From Desulfuromonadales bacterium (lineage in GTDB: Bacteria > Desulfobacterota > Desulfuromonadia > Desulfuromonadales > BM103): a DNA stretch of 29,987 bases. The position numbers were made by a program, and so were the translations under genes. The stretch spans positions 1-29,987 of the forward strand of contig JBFIMV010000001.1 in the NCBI GenBank assembly GCA_041611575.1. The letters are read 5' to 3'. Below the pieces are notes generated by a model. It had not been told where the DNA came from and searched no databases. It was given only the letters and a program-made list of their open reading frames with translations. Shown piece by piece: positions 20,179 to 29,987 of the stretch (within the stretch, counting starts at the first letter, position 1; the number at the start of each line of letters is the position of its first letter).

Positions 20179-21546
20179 ATGACGCGAGAATACCGGGACA
20201 AACAGATCGTGGTTGTCGGCGCCGGAGCTTCCGGGTGCAGCATGGCACGCTTTTTTACCGCCCGCGGCGCCCGGGTGACCTTGTCGGATTCACGCCCCGC
20301 CGACGTGCTGCCACAGAGCGACGACCTGCGTGCGGTCGGTGTGCGTCTCGATTTCTCAGGGCACACCGAGGACATCTTTGCGGCAGCTGACCTGGTGGCC
20401 ATCAGCCCGGGCGTTCCCCTGACGGTGCCGGTCCTGCGACGCTGCATGCAGACGGGCATCCCGATTCTCGGTGAGATCGAGATTGCCTGGCGCGAACTCG
20501 AAGGCCAGGTGATCGGCATCACCGGCACCAACGGCAAGTCGACCGTAACGACGCTGATGGGCGGCATGTTCCAGGCCTGGGGGAAGAAGACGTTTGTCGG
20601 CGGCAACCTCGGCACACCGCTGGTCGATGCCGTCGGCCAGGGCTGCGAGTGGCATGTTGTCGAGCTCTCGTCGTTCCAGTTGGAGACGATCGAGAGTTTT
20701 CACCCCCGCTATGCCGTGCTGCTGAACATCACCGAGGACCATCTCGATCGTTATCGGGACATGGACGAGTACCTTGCGGCGAAGATGCGCCTGTTCGAGA
20801 ACCTCGACGCCGCCGACATCGCCATTCTCAATGCCGATGACCCGATGGTGGTGGCCGCTGCAGAAGGAATCATGGCACAGAAGGTGTGGTTCAGCAGCAC
20901 CCGTTCCCTCGAATGTGGCATGTGCCTGGTCGAGGATCGCATCCTCTGGCGTTGGCAGGACAGGGAACTCATCTTTCCTGTGGACCAACTGCAACTGCGT
21001 GGCAGGCACAACCAGGAGAACGTCATGGCGGCGCTGATTCCACCCTTGCTTGAGGGTTGTCCGCCGGAAGTCGCCTGGAACGTCGCCGCGGATTTCACCG
21101 GACTGCCGCATCGCATGGAACTTCTCGGAGAGTTCAACGGGGCCGCCTGGTACAACGATTCCAAGGGGACCAACATCGGCAGCGTTGTCAAAAGCCTCGC
21201 CGGCCTCGATGCGCCGGTCGTCCTGATTGCCGGCGGCAAGGACAAGCACGGCGACCTGTCGCCCCTGGCCGGACCGATCGAAGAGAAGGTCGCTCACCTG
21301 GTCCTCATCGGTGAAGCCGCCGGGCGCATGGCCGCGGAGTTCACCGGCCTGACGAACATCCACCTGGCCAGGAGCATGGCCGATGCAGTTGCGCAGGCCG
21401 CCGCCCTGTGCGAGCCCGGCGGCGCGGTCCTGCTGTCACCCGGTTGTTCGAGCTTCGACATGTTTCGCAACTACGAGGAGCGCGGGAGGGTCTTTGCCGA
21501 GGCCTTCCGTGAATTGACTCCGCAAGGGCAGTGTCATGGAAATTAG
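20179..21546 (+). CDS. murD: UDP-MurNAc-L-Ala:D-Glu ligase MurD
   Basis: ISPGVP, GITGTNGKSTVT, GGNLG, VELSSFQLE, LNITEDHLDRY, HRME, YNDSKGTN, LIAGGKDK, LLSPGCSSFDMF. Confidence 0.96.
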   Translation: MTREYRDKQIVVVGAGASGCSMARFFTARGARVTLSDSRPADVLPQSDDLRAVGVRLDFSGHTEDIFAAADLVAISPGVPLTVPVLRRCMQTGIPILGEIEIAWRELEGQVIGITGTNGKSTVTTLMGGMFQAWGKKTFVGGNLGTPLVDAVGQGCEWHVVELSSFQLETIESFHPRYAVLLNITEDHLDRYRDMDEYLAAKMRLFENLDAADIAILNADDPMVVAAAEGIMAQKVWFSSTRSLECGMCLVEDRILWRWQDRELIFPVDQLQLRGRHNQENVMAALIPPLLEGCPPEVAWNVAADFTGLPHRMELLGEFNGAAWYNDSKGTNIGSVVKSLAGLDAPVVLIAGGKDKHGDLSPLAGPIEEKVAHLVLIGEAAGRMAAEFTGLTNIHLARSMADAVAQAAALCEPGGAVLLSPGCSSFDMFRNYEERGRVFAEAFRELTPQGQCHGN

Positions 21547-22642
21547 ACAAGGACCAGACCATTCGATCCTGTTGCTGGCGGTCTGCCTGACCTGCCTCGG
21601 CGTCGTCATGGTCTTTTCCTCGTCTTCGATCATGGCCGTTCGCGGGTATGGCGACAGCCTGCATTTCCTCAAGCGCCAGGGTGTTTACGCCATATTGGGC
21701 TTCGGCATGATGGCCCTGATGATGAACGTGCGTCTTGAACTGCTGCGCAAGGCGGCCTGGCCGGTGCTGATCTGCTGCCTCCTGATGTTGATCGTGGTGC
21801 TGGTCCCCGGCATCGGCAAGAAGGTCGGCGGCGCGGCCCGTTGGCTGCGCGTGGGTGGGATCACCTTCCAGCCGGCGGAATTCGCCAAGATCGGACTGAT
21901 CCTGTTCCTGGCGCATTCGCTCGCCCGCAAGCAGGAAAAGGTCAAGAGCTTCCGGCGCGGTCTGCTGCCCTACATGCTGATTCTCGCCATCCTCCTCGGG
22001 CTGCTGCTGTTGCAGCCGGACCTGGGGAGTGCGATTACGCTCGGCGTGGTCGCCGCGGCGATGCTCATGGTCGCCGGAACGCGCTTGATCTACCTGTTCC
22101 TGATCGGTGCGACGACGATGCCGTTCCTTTACTGGCTGGTGATGAGCGCCGACTACCGCAAGCGACGCATCATGGCGTTTCTCAACCCCTGGGAAGACCC
22201 GAGTGACACCGGCTTCCAGATCATTCAGAGCTGGATCGCCTTCGGTTCGGGCGGCGCCTTCGGCAAGGGGCTGGGTGAGAGCAAGCAGAAGCTGTTCTTC
22301 CTCCCCGAGGCGCATACCGATTTCATCTTTTCGGTGATCGGTGAAGAGCTCGGCTATGTCGGCGTCATCGTGATCGCGGCGATGTTCATGCTGCTGATCC
22401 TGAGAGGATTTCGTACCGCCCTGAACGCGCCCGACGAATTCAGCTGCTACCTGGCCTTCGGGCTCACGCTGTTGATCGGCATGCAGGCGTTCGTCAACAT
22501 GGCCGTGGTCATGGGGATGGTCCCGACCAAGGGGCTGGCCCTGCCGTTCCTCTCTTACGGCGGGACGAGCCTGGTAACGACTTTGGCTGCCATCGGCATC
22601 CTGCTCAACGTGTCGCGGCACCTGCCGGGAGAAGTGCGATGA
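21536..22642 (+). CDS. ftsW: SEDS peptidoglycan polymerase FtsW
   Basis: MVFSSS, GAARWL, QPAEFAK, LQPDLG, GFQIIQS, LPEAHTDFIFSVIGEELG, PTKGLALPFLSYGGTS. Confidence 0.96.
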   Translation: MEIRQGPDHSILLLAVCLTCLGVVMVFSSSSIMAVRGYGDSLHFLKRQGVYAILGFGMMALMMNVRLELLRKAAWPVLICCLLMLIVVLVPGIGKKVGGAARWLRVGGITFQPAEFAKIGLILFLAHSLARKQEKVKSFRRGLLPYMLILAILLGLLLLQPDLGSAITLGVVAAAMLMVAGTRLIYLFLIGATTMPFLYWLVMSADYRKRRIMAFLNPWEDPSDTGFQIIQSWIAFGSGGAFGKGLGESKQKLFFLPEAHTDFIFSVIGEELGYVGVIVIAAMFMLLILRGFRTALNAPDEFSCYLAFGLTLLIGMQAFVNMAVVMGMVPTKGLALPFLSYGGTSLVTTLAAIGILLNVSRHLPGEVR

Positions 22643-23748
22643 AACTGCTGCTGGCCGGTGGAGGCACCGGCGGACATCTCTTCCCGGCCATTGCCCTGGC
22701 CGAGCAGCTCAAGCGCGAGGAGCCACTGAGCGAAGTGCTGTTCGTCGGGACCGAGAGAGGCCTGGAGTTCAGGTTGCTGCCCGAACTCGGCTGGCCGCTG
22801 CGCACCATCGACATGAGCGGCTGGGCCGGACTCGACATCCTGGCGAAGGTCAAGGTGCTTGGCAAAATCGTCAGGAGCGTTTTCGACTCGCGTAACATCC
22901 TGCGCGAATTCGCCCCGGACGTTGTGGTCGGCGTCGGCGGTTATGCCTCGGTGCCGGTCCTGATTGCCGCGAAGACGCTCGGCATCCCCTACCTGGTGCA
23001 CGAGCAGAACGCCTGGCCCGGGCTGGCCAACCGCCTGCTCGGCCGCTGGGCGCGGCGCGTCTGCCTGTCGTTTGCCGAGGCCGATCGGGCCTTCCACAGC
23101 AGCGCCACGGTCCTCACGGGCAACCCGGTGCGCAGTGGCATGGAAGACTGCCCGAACATTGCCGGGAACGGCCCGTGCCTGCTGGTTTTCGGCGGCAGCC
23201 AGGGGGCGCGCGCCATCAACCGGGCGATCGTGGCGGCCCTGCCGCTCCTTGAAGCATGGAAGGACAGAGTGCAGATCGTGCATCAGACCGGAGAGCGCGA
23301 GCACCAGGAGGTTGCAGAAGCTTATCGCGCGGCAGGTTGGACCACCGCGGAAGTGGTGCCCTTCATCAAGGAGATGGCCCAGGCCTACTCCCGGGCGACC
23401 CTTGTGGTATGTCGGGCCGGGGCGACGACCCTTGCCGAGCTGACGGTGTGCGGTCGTCCGGCGATTCTCATCCCCTTTCCGCATTCTGCCGCCGGGCACC
23501 AGGTGGTGAATGCCCAGGCGATGGCGACCAAGGGGGCGGCGTTGATGTTGCTCGAAGCCGACCTGACTGCCGAGCGCCTTGCCAGGCTGATCGACGGCTT
23601 GCTGCACGACCCCGCCAGTGTCCAGTCGATGGCTGCTGCGGCCAAAGGGCTGGCACGCCGGGGGGCTGCCGCAAGGCTGCTGCAGGAGTGTCGGAGCGTT
23701 TTGGCGGAAACCCGCGAAAGGACAGGCCATGTACGGCAAGATTCATAA
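22639..23748 (+). CDS. murG: Lipid II GlcNAc transferase MurG
   Basis: [56 protein letters not shown]. Confidence 0.96.
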   Translation: MKLLLAGGGTGGHLFPAIALAEQLKREEPLSEVLFVGTERGLEFRLLPELGWPLRTIDMSGWAGLDILAKVKVLGKIVRSVFDSRNILREFAPDVVVGVGGYASVPVLIAAKTLGIPYLVHEQNAWPGLANRLLGRWARRVCLSFAEADRAFHSSATVLTGNPVRSGMEDCPNIAGNGPCLLVFGGSQGARAINRAIVAALPLLEAWKDRVQIVHQTGEREHQEVAEAYRAAGWTTAEVVPFIKEMAQAYSRATLVVCRAGATTLAELTVCGRPAILIPFPHSAAGHQVVNAQAMATKGAALMLLEADLTAERLARLIDGLLHDPASVQSMAAAAKGLARRGAAARLLQECRSVLAETRERTGHVRQDS

Positions 23749-25114
23749 AATCCATTTCGTCGGCATCGGCGGCATCGGCATGAGCGGTATTGCCGAGGTG
23801 CTCATCAACCTCGGTTACCAGGTCTCGGGATCCGACCTCAGGGAGACTGATATCACCCGGCGGCTGGTCAGCCTGGGCGGCAAGGTTGCCTATGGCCACC
23901 GCCTGGAAAATCTAGAAGAAGTCGATGTCGTGGTGACCTCGACGGCGGTTGACCGCAAGAATCCGGAGGTCCAGGAAGCGCACCGTCGCAAGATCCCGGT
24001 CATCCCGCGGGCCGAGATGCTGGCCGAACTGATGCGCATGAAGTACGGGGTCGCCATCGCCGGCACGCATGGCAAGACCACCACGACCAGCATGGTGGCG
24101 ACGGTCCTGTCGCATGGCGGCATCGACCCGACCGTGGTGATCGGCGGTCGCCTCGATTCCATCGGCTCGAACGCCAAGTTGGGGCAGGGCAAGTTCCTGG
24201 TGGCCGAAGCCGACGAATCGGACGGTTCGTTCCTCAAGTTGTCGCCGACCATCGCCGTGGTCACCAACGTCGATGCCGATCACATGGACTTCTACAGCGA
24301 CCTGGATGAAATCCGTGCGACCTTTGTCGATTTTATCAACAAGGTGCCGTTTTACGGGCTGGTCGTCCTCTGCCTTGATGATGAGAACCTGCAGGGGTTG
24401 ATCCCCCAGGTCGGCAAGCGGCTGATGACCTACGGCCTGACCAGCCAGGCGGATTTTCAGGCCTCGGATATCCGCCACAAGGCCGACCGCACCAGCTTCC
24501 AGGTGCACTTCCGCGGTGAAGTCCTCGGCCGCCTGAATATCCGCATGCCGGGACGCCACAACGTCCTCAATGCGCTGGCCGCCGTGGCCGTCGGTATGGA
24601 GCTCGACCTGCCGTTCGCTGTCATCGCCGAAGGGTTTCAGGACTTCGGTGGCGTGGGACGTCGATTCCAGATCAAGGGTGAAGTGGCCGGCACGATGGTT
24701 GTTGACGACTACGGCCATCATCCGGCGGAAATCAAGGCGACCCTGTCCGCCGCGCGCGGCGGCTGGGATCGGCGGATCGTCGCCGTCTTCCAACCGCACC
24801 GCTACAGTCGCACCAAGGCGCTGTTCGAAGATTTCACCAAGGCTTTTTACCAGGCCGATCATGTCGTCCTGATGGACGTTTATGCCGCCGGTGAAGAGCT
24901 GATAGAAGGGGTTTCGGCAGACAAGCTCGCTGCCGGTATCACCGGCCACGGACATCGTTCGTGTTGCTACACCGGGTCAGCAGAAGCGACCCTGGAACAT
25001 CTCGCGGAAGTGGTCCAGTCCGGAGACATCGTCATCACGCTCGGCGCCGGCAACATCTGGCAGATCGGTGAAGCGCTGCTCACCCGACTCGGGGCTCCGG
25101 CCAATAAGGATTGA
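23729..25114 (+). CDS. murC: UDP-MurNAc:L-Ala ligase MurC
   Basis: [67 protein letters not shown]. Real start is ATG 23729. Confidence 0.96.
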   Translation: MYGKIHKIHFVGIGGIGMSGIAEVLINLGYQVSGSDLRETDITRRLVSLGGKVAYGHRLENLEEVDVVVTSTAVDRKNPEVQEAHRRKIPVIPRAEMLAELMRMKYGVAIAGTHGKTTTTSMVATVLSHGGIDPTVVIGGRLDSIGSNAKLGQGKFLVAEADESDGSFLKLSPTIAVVTNVDADHMDFYSDLDEIRATFVDFINKVPFYGLVVLCLDDENLQGLIPQVGKRLMTYGLTSQADFQASDIRHKADRTSFQVHFRGEVLGRLNIRMPGRHNVLNALAAVAVGMELDLPFAVIAEGFQDFGGVGRRFQIKGEVAGTMVVDDYGHHPAEIKATLSAARGGWDRRIVAVFQPHRYSRTKALFEDFTKAFYQADHVVLMDVYAAGEELIEGVSADKLAAGITGHGHRSCCYTGSAEATLEHLAEVVQSGDIVITLGAGNIWQIGEALLTRLGAPANKD

Positions 25115-25118
25115 CGGC

Positions 25119-26048
25119 ATGCAAGAACGCGTAGAAGTGAAAAACAAACGGGTCGCCGTCCTGATGGGAGGGCTGTCCGCCGAACGCGAGATTTCCCTGC
25201 GTACGGGGAATGCCGTTCTGCAGGCCCTGCTGGACAGCGGTGTTGACGCCGTGGCCGTCGACGCCGGGCGCGACCTGCCGAATCAGTTGAGCGCGGTCGC
25301 GGCCGACGTGGCCTTCATCTGCCTGCACGGACGTTACGGCGAGGACGGGACCGTCCAGGGACTGCTGGAGCTGATGGGGATCCCCTACACCGGCAGCGGC
25401 GTCATGGCATCGAGCGTGGCGATGGACAAGGTCGTCACCAAGCAGCTGCTGCTTTACCACGAGATTTCGACCCCGGGTTTCCTGGTCTTCCGCAAGGGCG
25501 ACGACCGTGAAGCGCTCCTGGCGCGCTGCAAGCACTTCCCCCTGGTGGTCAAGCCGTCGCGGGAAGGTTCCACCATCGGTGTGAGCATCGTCCGAGATCG
25601 GGCCCAGTTGGCCGAGGGTCTCGACGAAGCGCTCAGGCACGACAGCCTGGTGCTGATCGAGGACTTCATCCAGGGCGATGAAGTCACGGTCAGCGTGCTC
25701 AACGACGAACCATTGCCGATCATACAGATCGTCCCCAAGGGCGGTTTTTACGATTACCAGTCAAAGTACACACCGGGCCAGACCGAGTACCTGCTGCCGG
25801 CGCCCATCGACCCGGTCCTCTACAGCCGCCTCCAGGCCGTAGCGGTAGAGGCCTGCCGGGCGCTTGCATGCCGTGGCGCAGCCCGGGTCGACTTCATGGT
25901 GCGGGAAAAAGAGTTCTTCTGTCTTGAAGTCAATACGATTCCGGGCATGACGGCGACCAGCCTGCTGCCGAAAGCGGCAATGGCTGCCGGAATCTCTTTC
26001 GGCGAACTGGCGCTGAGAATTCTCGACGATGCCGGGCTGAACAAATAG
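25119..26048 (+). CDS. ddl: D-Ala-D-Ala ligase
   Basis: VLMGGLSAEREISL, LHGRYGEDG, MDK, KPSREGST, FYDYQSKY (Tyr-type omega loop), LEVNTIPG. AAGGA upstream; start ATG 25119. Confidence 0.96.
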   Translation: MQERVEVKNKRVAVLMGGLSAEREISLRTGNAVLQALLDSGVDAVAVDAGRDLPNQLSAVAADVAFICLHGRYGEDGTVQGLLELMGIPYTGSGVMASSVAMDKVVTKQLLLYHEISTPGFLVFRKGDDREALLARCKHFPLVVKPSREGSTIGVSIVRDRAQLAEGLDEALRHDSLVLIEDFIQGDEVTVSVLNDEPLPIIQIVPKGGFYDYQSKYTPGQTEYLLPAPIDPVLYSRLQAVAVEACRALACRGAARVDFMVREKEFFCLEVNTIPGMTATSLLPKAAMAAGISFGELALRILDDAGLNK

Positions 26049-26077
26049 GACGGGAGCAGACGTCAGCGGACAAAGCG

Positions 26078-26920
26078 ATGAACGACCTGAAAGCGAACAA
26101 CCAGAAGAAGATCAAAACCAACCGGCGCAAGAAGGAGAAACAGCCGCGCGACTGGAAGAAGCTCTTCCATTGCCTGCTGCGGATCGGGATTGCCTCGGGG
26201 ACCGGTTTTCTTCTCGCCAGTGGCGCTTTCCTGACGGCTCAGTTGCTGCTGGAATCAGGATATTTTGCGGTCAAGCAGGTGCGGGTCGAGAACCCTGACC
26301 GGGTTTCCGCCGAGGAGATCCTCGAGGCCTCCGATATCAAGACCGGCGACAATCTGTTCGACCTCGAGCTGCACATGATCGGGCGCAAGATCGAGGAAAA
26401 ACCCTGGATCGCCCGCGCGGAGGTCGAGCGGATTTTTCCGGACCAGGTCGTCATTCGCGTTGTAGAACGGCAAGCCAGGGCGATCATTGACCTCGACTAC
26501 CTGTACTACGTCGATGCCGGCGGCGATATTTTCAAGATGCTCGAGGCCGGCGACGCGCTCAACTTCCCGGTCATCACCGGGATCGATCGGCAATCCCTGC
26601 TGGAGCATGCCGAAAAGAGCGTCGATTGCCTGAAGCTGGCGCTGCGCCTGATGGAAGTCCTCGACCAGCGGTCGTTGTTCAACCTGGACGACGTTTCCGA
26701 GATTCATTATGACTCCCAGGAGGGGTTGATCGTCCATACGCAGATCGGAGGCGTTCCGGTCCTGCTCGGACGTGACGGTTTCGAAACCAAGCTGGACCGG
26801 CTGGAAAAGATATTCGTTGACCTGGAGCCACGCCTGACGGCGCTCAAATACATCGATCTTAACGTTACCGATCGCGTGATCGTCAAACTCGACGTCAAGC
26901 CAATTGGCGGCAAAAGTTAG
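26078..26920 (+). CDS. ftsQ: Cell division protein FtsQ/DivIB
   Basis: Basic N-terminus, TM helix, POTRA (PWIARAEVERIFPDQVVIRVVER), C-terminal YIDL. Lies between ddl and ftsA. Confidence 0.9.
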   Translation: MNDLKANNQKKIKTNRRKKEKQPRDWKKLFHCLLRIGIASGTGFLLASGAFLTAQLLLESGYFAVKQVRVENPDRVSAEEILEASDIKTGDNLFDLELHMIGRKIEEKPWIARAEVERIFPDQVVIRVVERQARAIIDLDYLYYVDAGGDIFKMLEAGDALNFPVITGIDRQSLLEHAEKSVDCLKLALRLMEVLDQRSLFNLDDVSEIHYDSQEGLIVHTQIGGVPVLLGRDGFETKLDRLEKIFVDLEPRLTALKYIDLNVTDRVIVKLDVKPIGGKS

Positions 26921-26946
26921 CAAAACAGACAGGGAAGGGGTGACAC

Positions 26947-28176
<1,230 letters not shown>

Positions 28177-28251
28177 GAAAAAAAACCGTTAACTCAACCC
28201 GGCCCGCACTACGGAGAAGTGCCGGCCACAACCATGACGGAGGGAGTCATC

Positions 28252-29406
28252 ATGTTCGAATTTGACGAGAGTGTAGAGCAGGTAGCGAAGATCAAGGTGG
28301 TCGGAGTCGGCGGCGGTGGCAGCAACGCGGTCAATACCATGATCGCCGCCAGGATCGATGGTGTCGATTTCATGGTGGCCAACACCGACGCCCAGGCGCT
28401 GCGGGCCAACCTGGCGCCGATGCGCGTGCAACTCGGACAGAAGCTCACTAAGGGGCTCGGCGCCGGCGCCAATCCCGAGGTCGGGCGTGAAGCGGCACAT
28501 GAGGATCGCGCCCGGATTGCCGAACTGCTGCAGGGGGCCGACATGGTCTTCATCGCCGCCGGTCTAGGTGGCGGCACCGGCACCGGCGCCGCGCCGGTCA
28601 TCGCCGAGGTCGCCAAGGAGTTGGGCGCGCTGACGGTGGCCGTCGTCACCAAGCCGTTCGGTTTCGAAGGCAAGCAGCGGATGCTCAAGGCGGAGCAGGG
28701 CGTGGAAGAGCTGAAGAACATCGTCGACTCGCTGATCCTGATCCCCAATGACCGCCTGAGCGGCCTGGCGGGGAAGAAGATGGGCATCGTCGACGCCTTC
28801 CGCCCGGCCGATGACGTGCTGCGCCAGGCGGTGCAGGGGATTTCCGACCTGATCACCACCCATGGCATGATCAACGTCGACTTCGCGGACGTCAAGGCCG
28901 CGATGAGCGAGCGCGGCATGGCCATGATGGGCATCGGCGTCGGCGAAGGCGAGAACCGCGCCGTCGACGCGGCGCAGCAGGCGATCAGCAGCCCGCTGCT
29001 CGAAGATATCGACATCTCCGGCGCCAAGGGCGTGCTGGTCAACGTCACCGGTTCCTCGAGCATGACCATGGATGATTACGAGGAAGTCGCCAACATCATC
29101 CATTCCAAGGTCCACGAAGACGCCAACATCTTCATCGGCCTGGTGATCAACGAAGAGATGGGCGACCGCGTCAAGGTGACCGCCATCGCTACCGGCTTCG
29201 GCGGGGTTTTTGACGCCTCCCGTCCTTCGACCAAGGACCTGGGCCGACCCAACCCGATACCCAGCCCGGCCAAGATAGACCGCGACGTACCGGCCTTCAT
29301 CCGCAAGCAGAACCTGGACAAGCCGCGCGCCGGGATGCGTATGGGCGGCCTGACCGAGGAGGAGGAATACGATATTCCGACATTCCTGCGCAAGCGCGTC
29401 GATTAA
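28252..29406 (+). CDS. ftsZ: Cell division protein FtsZ
   Basis: KVVGVGGGGSNAV, NTDAQAL, GLGAGANPEVG, GGGTGTG, INVDFADV, C-terminal DIPTFLRK peptide. SD GGAGGGAG at 28239-28246 supports ATG 28252. Confidence 0.98.
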   Translation: MFEFDESVEQVAKIKVVGVGGGGSNAVNTMIAARIDGVDFMVANTDAQALRANLAPMRVQLGQKLTKGLGAGANPEVGREAAHEDRARIAELLQGADMVFIAAGLGGGTGTGAAPVIAEVAKELGALTVAVVTKPFGFEGKQRMLKAEQGVEELKNIVDSLILIPNDRLSGLAGKKMGIVDAFRPADDVLRQAVQGISDLITTHGMINVDFADVKAAMSERGMAMMGIGVGEGENRAVDAAQQAISSPLLEDIDISGAKGVLVNVTGSSSMTMDDYEEVANIIHSKVHEDANIFIGLVINEEMGDRVKVTAIATGFGGVFDASRPSTKDLGRPNPIPSPAKIDRDVPAFIRKQNLDKPRAGMRMGGLTEEEEYDIPTFLRKRVD

Positions 29407-29576
29407 GGCGCAAGAGCACATCCGCGGGGCCGGAACACGGTCCTGACGGCTGACAATTGGAATTCATTTCTGTGGCTTGATGGCGCGCGCGCTGCCGTGT
29501 CGGTTCTCCGACCGGCGCCAGCGGTGGTGTGCAGAAACGACATCAAACCTGTGATCGGACTCCCTCACTCACCTTT

Positions 29577-29602
29577 GGGCCGCCTTGTGCGGCCCTTTTT
29601 TT
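29577..29602 (+). terminator. Rho-independent terminator of the dcw/ftsZ transcript
   Basis: GGGCCGC, loop CTTGT, GCGGCCC, then T7. Confidence 0.9.
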
Positions 29603-29638
29603 GCGACCTATAATCAAAGTCAAGTCTCGAACATTTTT

Positions 29639-29743
29639 ACGCAGACGCAAAGGAGAGGGGACAGTAGCAATTTTTGAGCAGAATTAAGTGATTGAATGAG
29701 CAAATTGTCTTCGCGTCTTTCTTTAACCTTGGCGTCTTTGCGT
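29639..29743. repeat. Imperfect inverted-repeat element built from CTTnGCGT / ACGCnAAG units
   Basis: Left arm ACGCAGACGCAAAGG (29639-29653) pairs with CCTTGGCGTCTTTGCGT (29727-29743), with one mismatch and a 2-nt bulge. An extra unit CTTCGCGT lies at 29709-29716. Confidence 0.55.
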
Positions 29744-29871
29744 TGAAATGTGTGGATTTTCTATTGGTTTTTTCGATTTTTTAGATACGGGGTTGATACT
29801 TGACCAGTGAGGAGGTGGGGTCTGGCGGGGAAAGATACCTGGTGAAACATGTCATTGCGAGGTCAGCTCAA

Positions 29872-29987
29872 TCAGCCGGCGTGGCTGGACCTGTTCTTGC
29901 CCATTTGCTTGGAAGTGTACATCGCCTTGTCGGCAAGGGCGACCATTTCTGCGGGGCTGTCGAGGTTGCCGTTGAACAGGGTCGTGC
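29872..29987 (-). CDS. C-terminal end of a GGDEF (diguanylate cyclase) domain protein, 5'-truncated by the window edge
   Basis: Minus-strand hand translation TTLFNGNLDSPAEMVALADKAMYTSKQMGKNRSSHAG*. ADxAMYxxKxxGKN is the GGDEF C-terminal motif. Stop at 29874-29872. Confidence 0.85.
   Translation of the reverse strand, partial: TTLFNGNLDSPAEMVALADKAMYTSKQMGKNRSSHAG

Noticed and set aside
28178-28185. A8 homopolymer after the ftsA stop as a phase-variation tract
   Set aside because: It is intergenic, only 8 nt long, and not inside a recognisable promoter spacer.
29480-29554. 24-codon ORF in the ftsZ 3'UTR (MARALPCRFSDRRQRWCAETTSNL)
   Set aside because: No SD, it starts inside a stable stem, and it has no recognisable features.
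29407-29602. Possible 6S RNA (length about 190 nt, long hairpin)
   Set aside because: The two ends do not form an extended closing stem, there is no clear central bubble, and it is not the usual zapA-linked context. Kept only as a generic structured 3'UTR.
29620-29670. GACGCAAAG next to a GGDEF gene suggested a GEMM-I (c-di-GMP / c-GAMP) riboswitch
   Set aside because: The upstream GYAAAC...GAAA-tetraloop stem and the downstream receptor stem are absent, and the site is 3' of the GGDEF gene. It is better explained as a repeat arm.
29815-29987. Plus-strand open frame after GAGGAGG at 29809-29815
   Set aside because: The GTG overlaps the SD itself, and the frame is the antisense shadow of the GGDEF gene.

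Overview
A GC-rich, almost entirely housekeeping window. Gene content and order point to a deltaproteobacterium of the Desulfuromonadales/Geobacter type (inference). In order it holds: the 3' part of ffh; rpsP-khpA-rimM-trmD plus a SPOUT methyltransferase; a 47-aa lipoprotein gene missed by the ORF track, with its own promoter and terminator; rplS; rnhB-yraN-nadE-rsmI plus an orphan receiver protein; ligA-acyP on the minus strand; a CNNM/HlyC-CorC membrane protein; a dcw cluster (mraZ rsmH ftsL ftsI murE murF mraY murD ftsW murG murC ddl ftsQ ftsA ftsZ) that lacks murB; and the 3' end of a GGDEF gene on the minus strand. I see no CRISPR array, tRNA, rRNA, transposase, prophage or defence system, and no large novel multi-gene system can be supported. 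The most interesting signals are small. They are the CPACGH-motif mini-lipoprotein cassette, two ACGGAG hairpin loops in the ftsZ leader that resemble a CsrA target, an anti-Shine-Dalgarno loop hairpin upstream of mraZ, the missing murB, and an empty inverted-repeat element after ftsZ. All motif and RNA-structure calls were made by eye and need computational confirmation.
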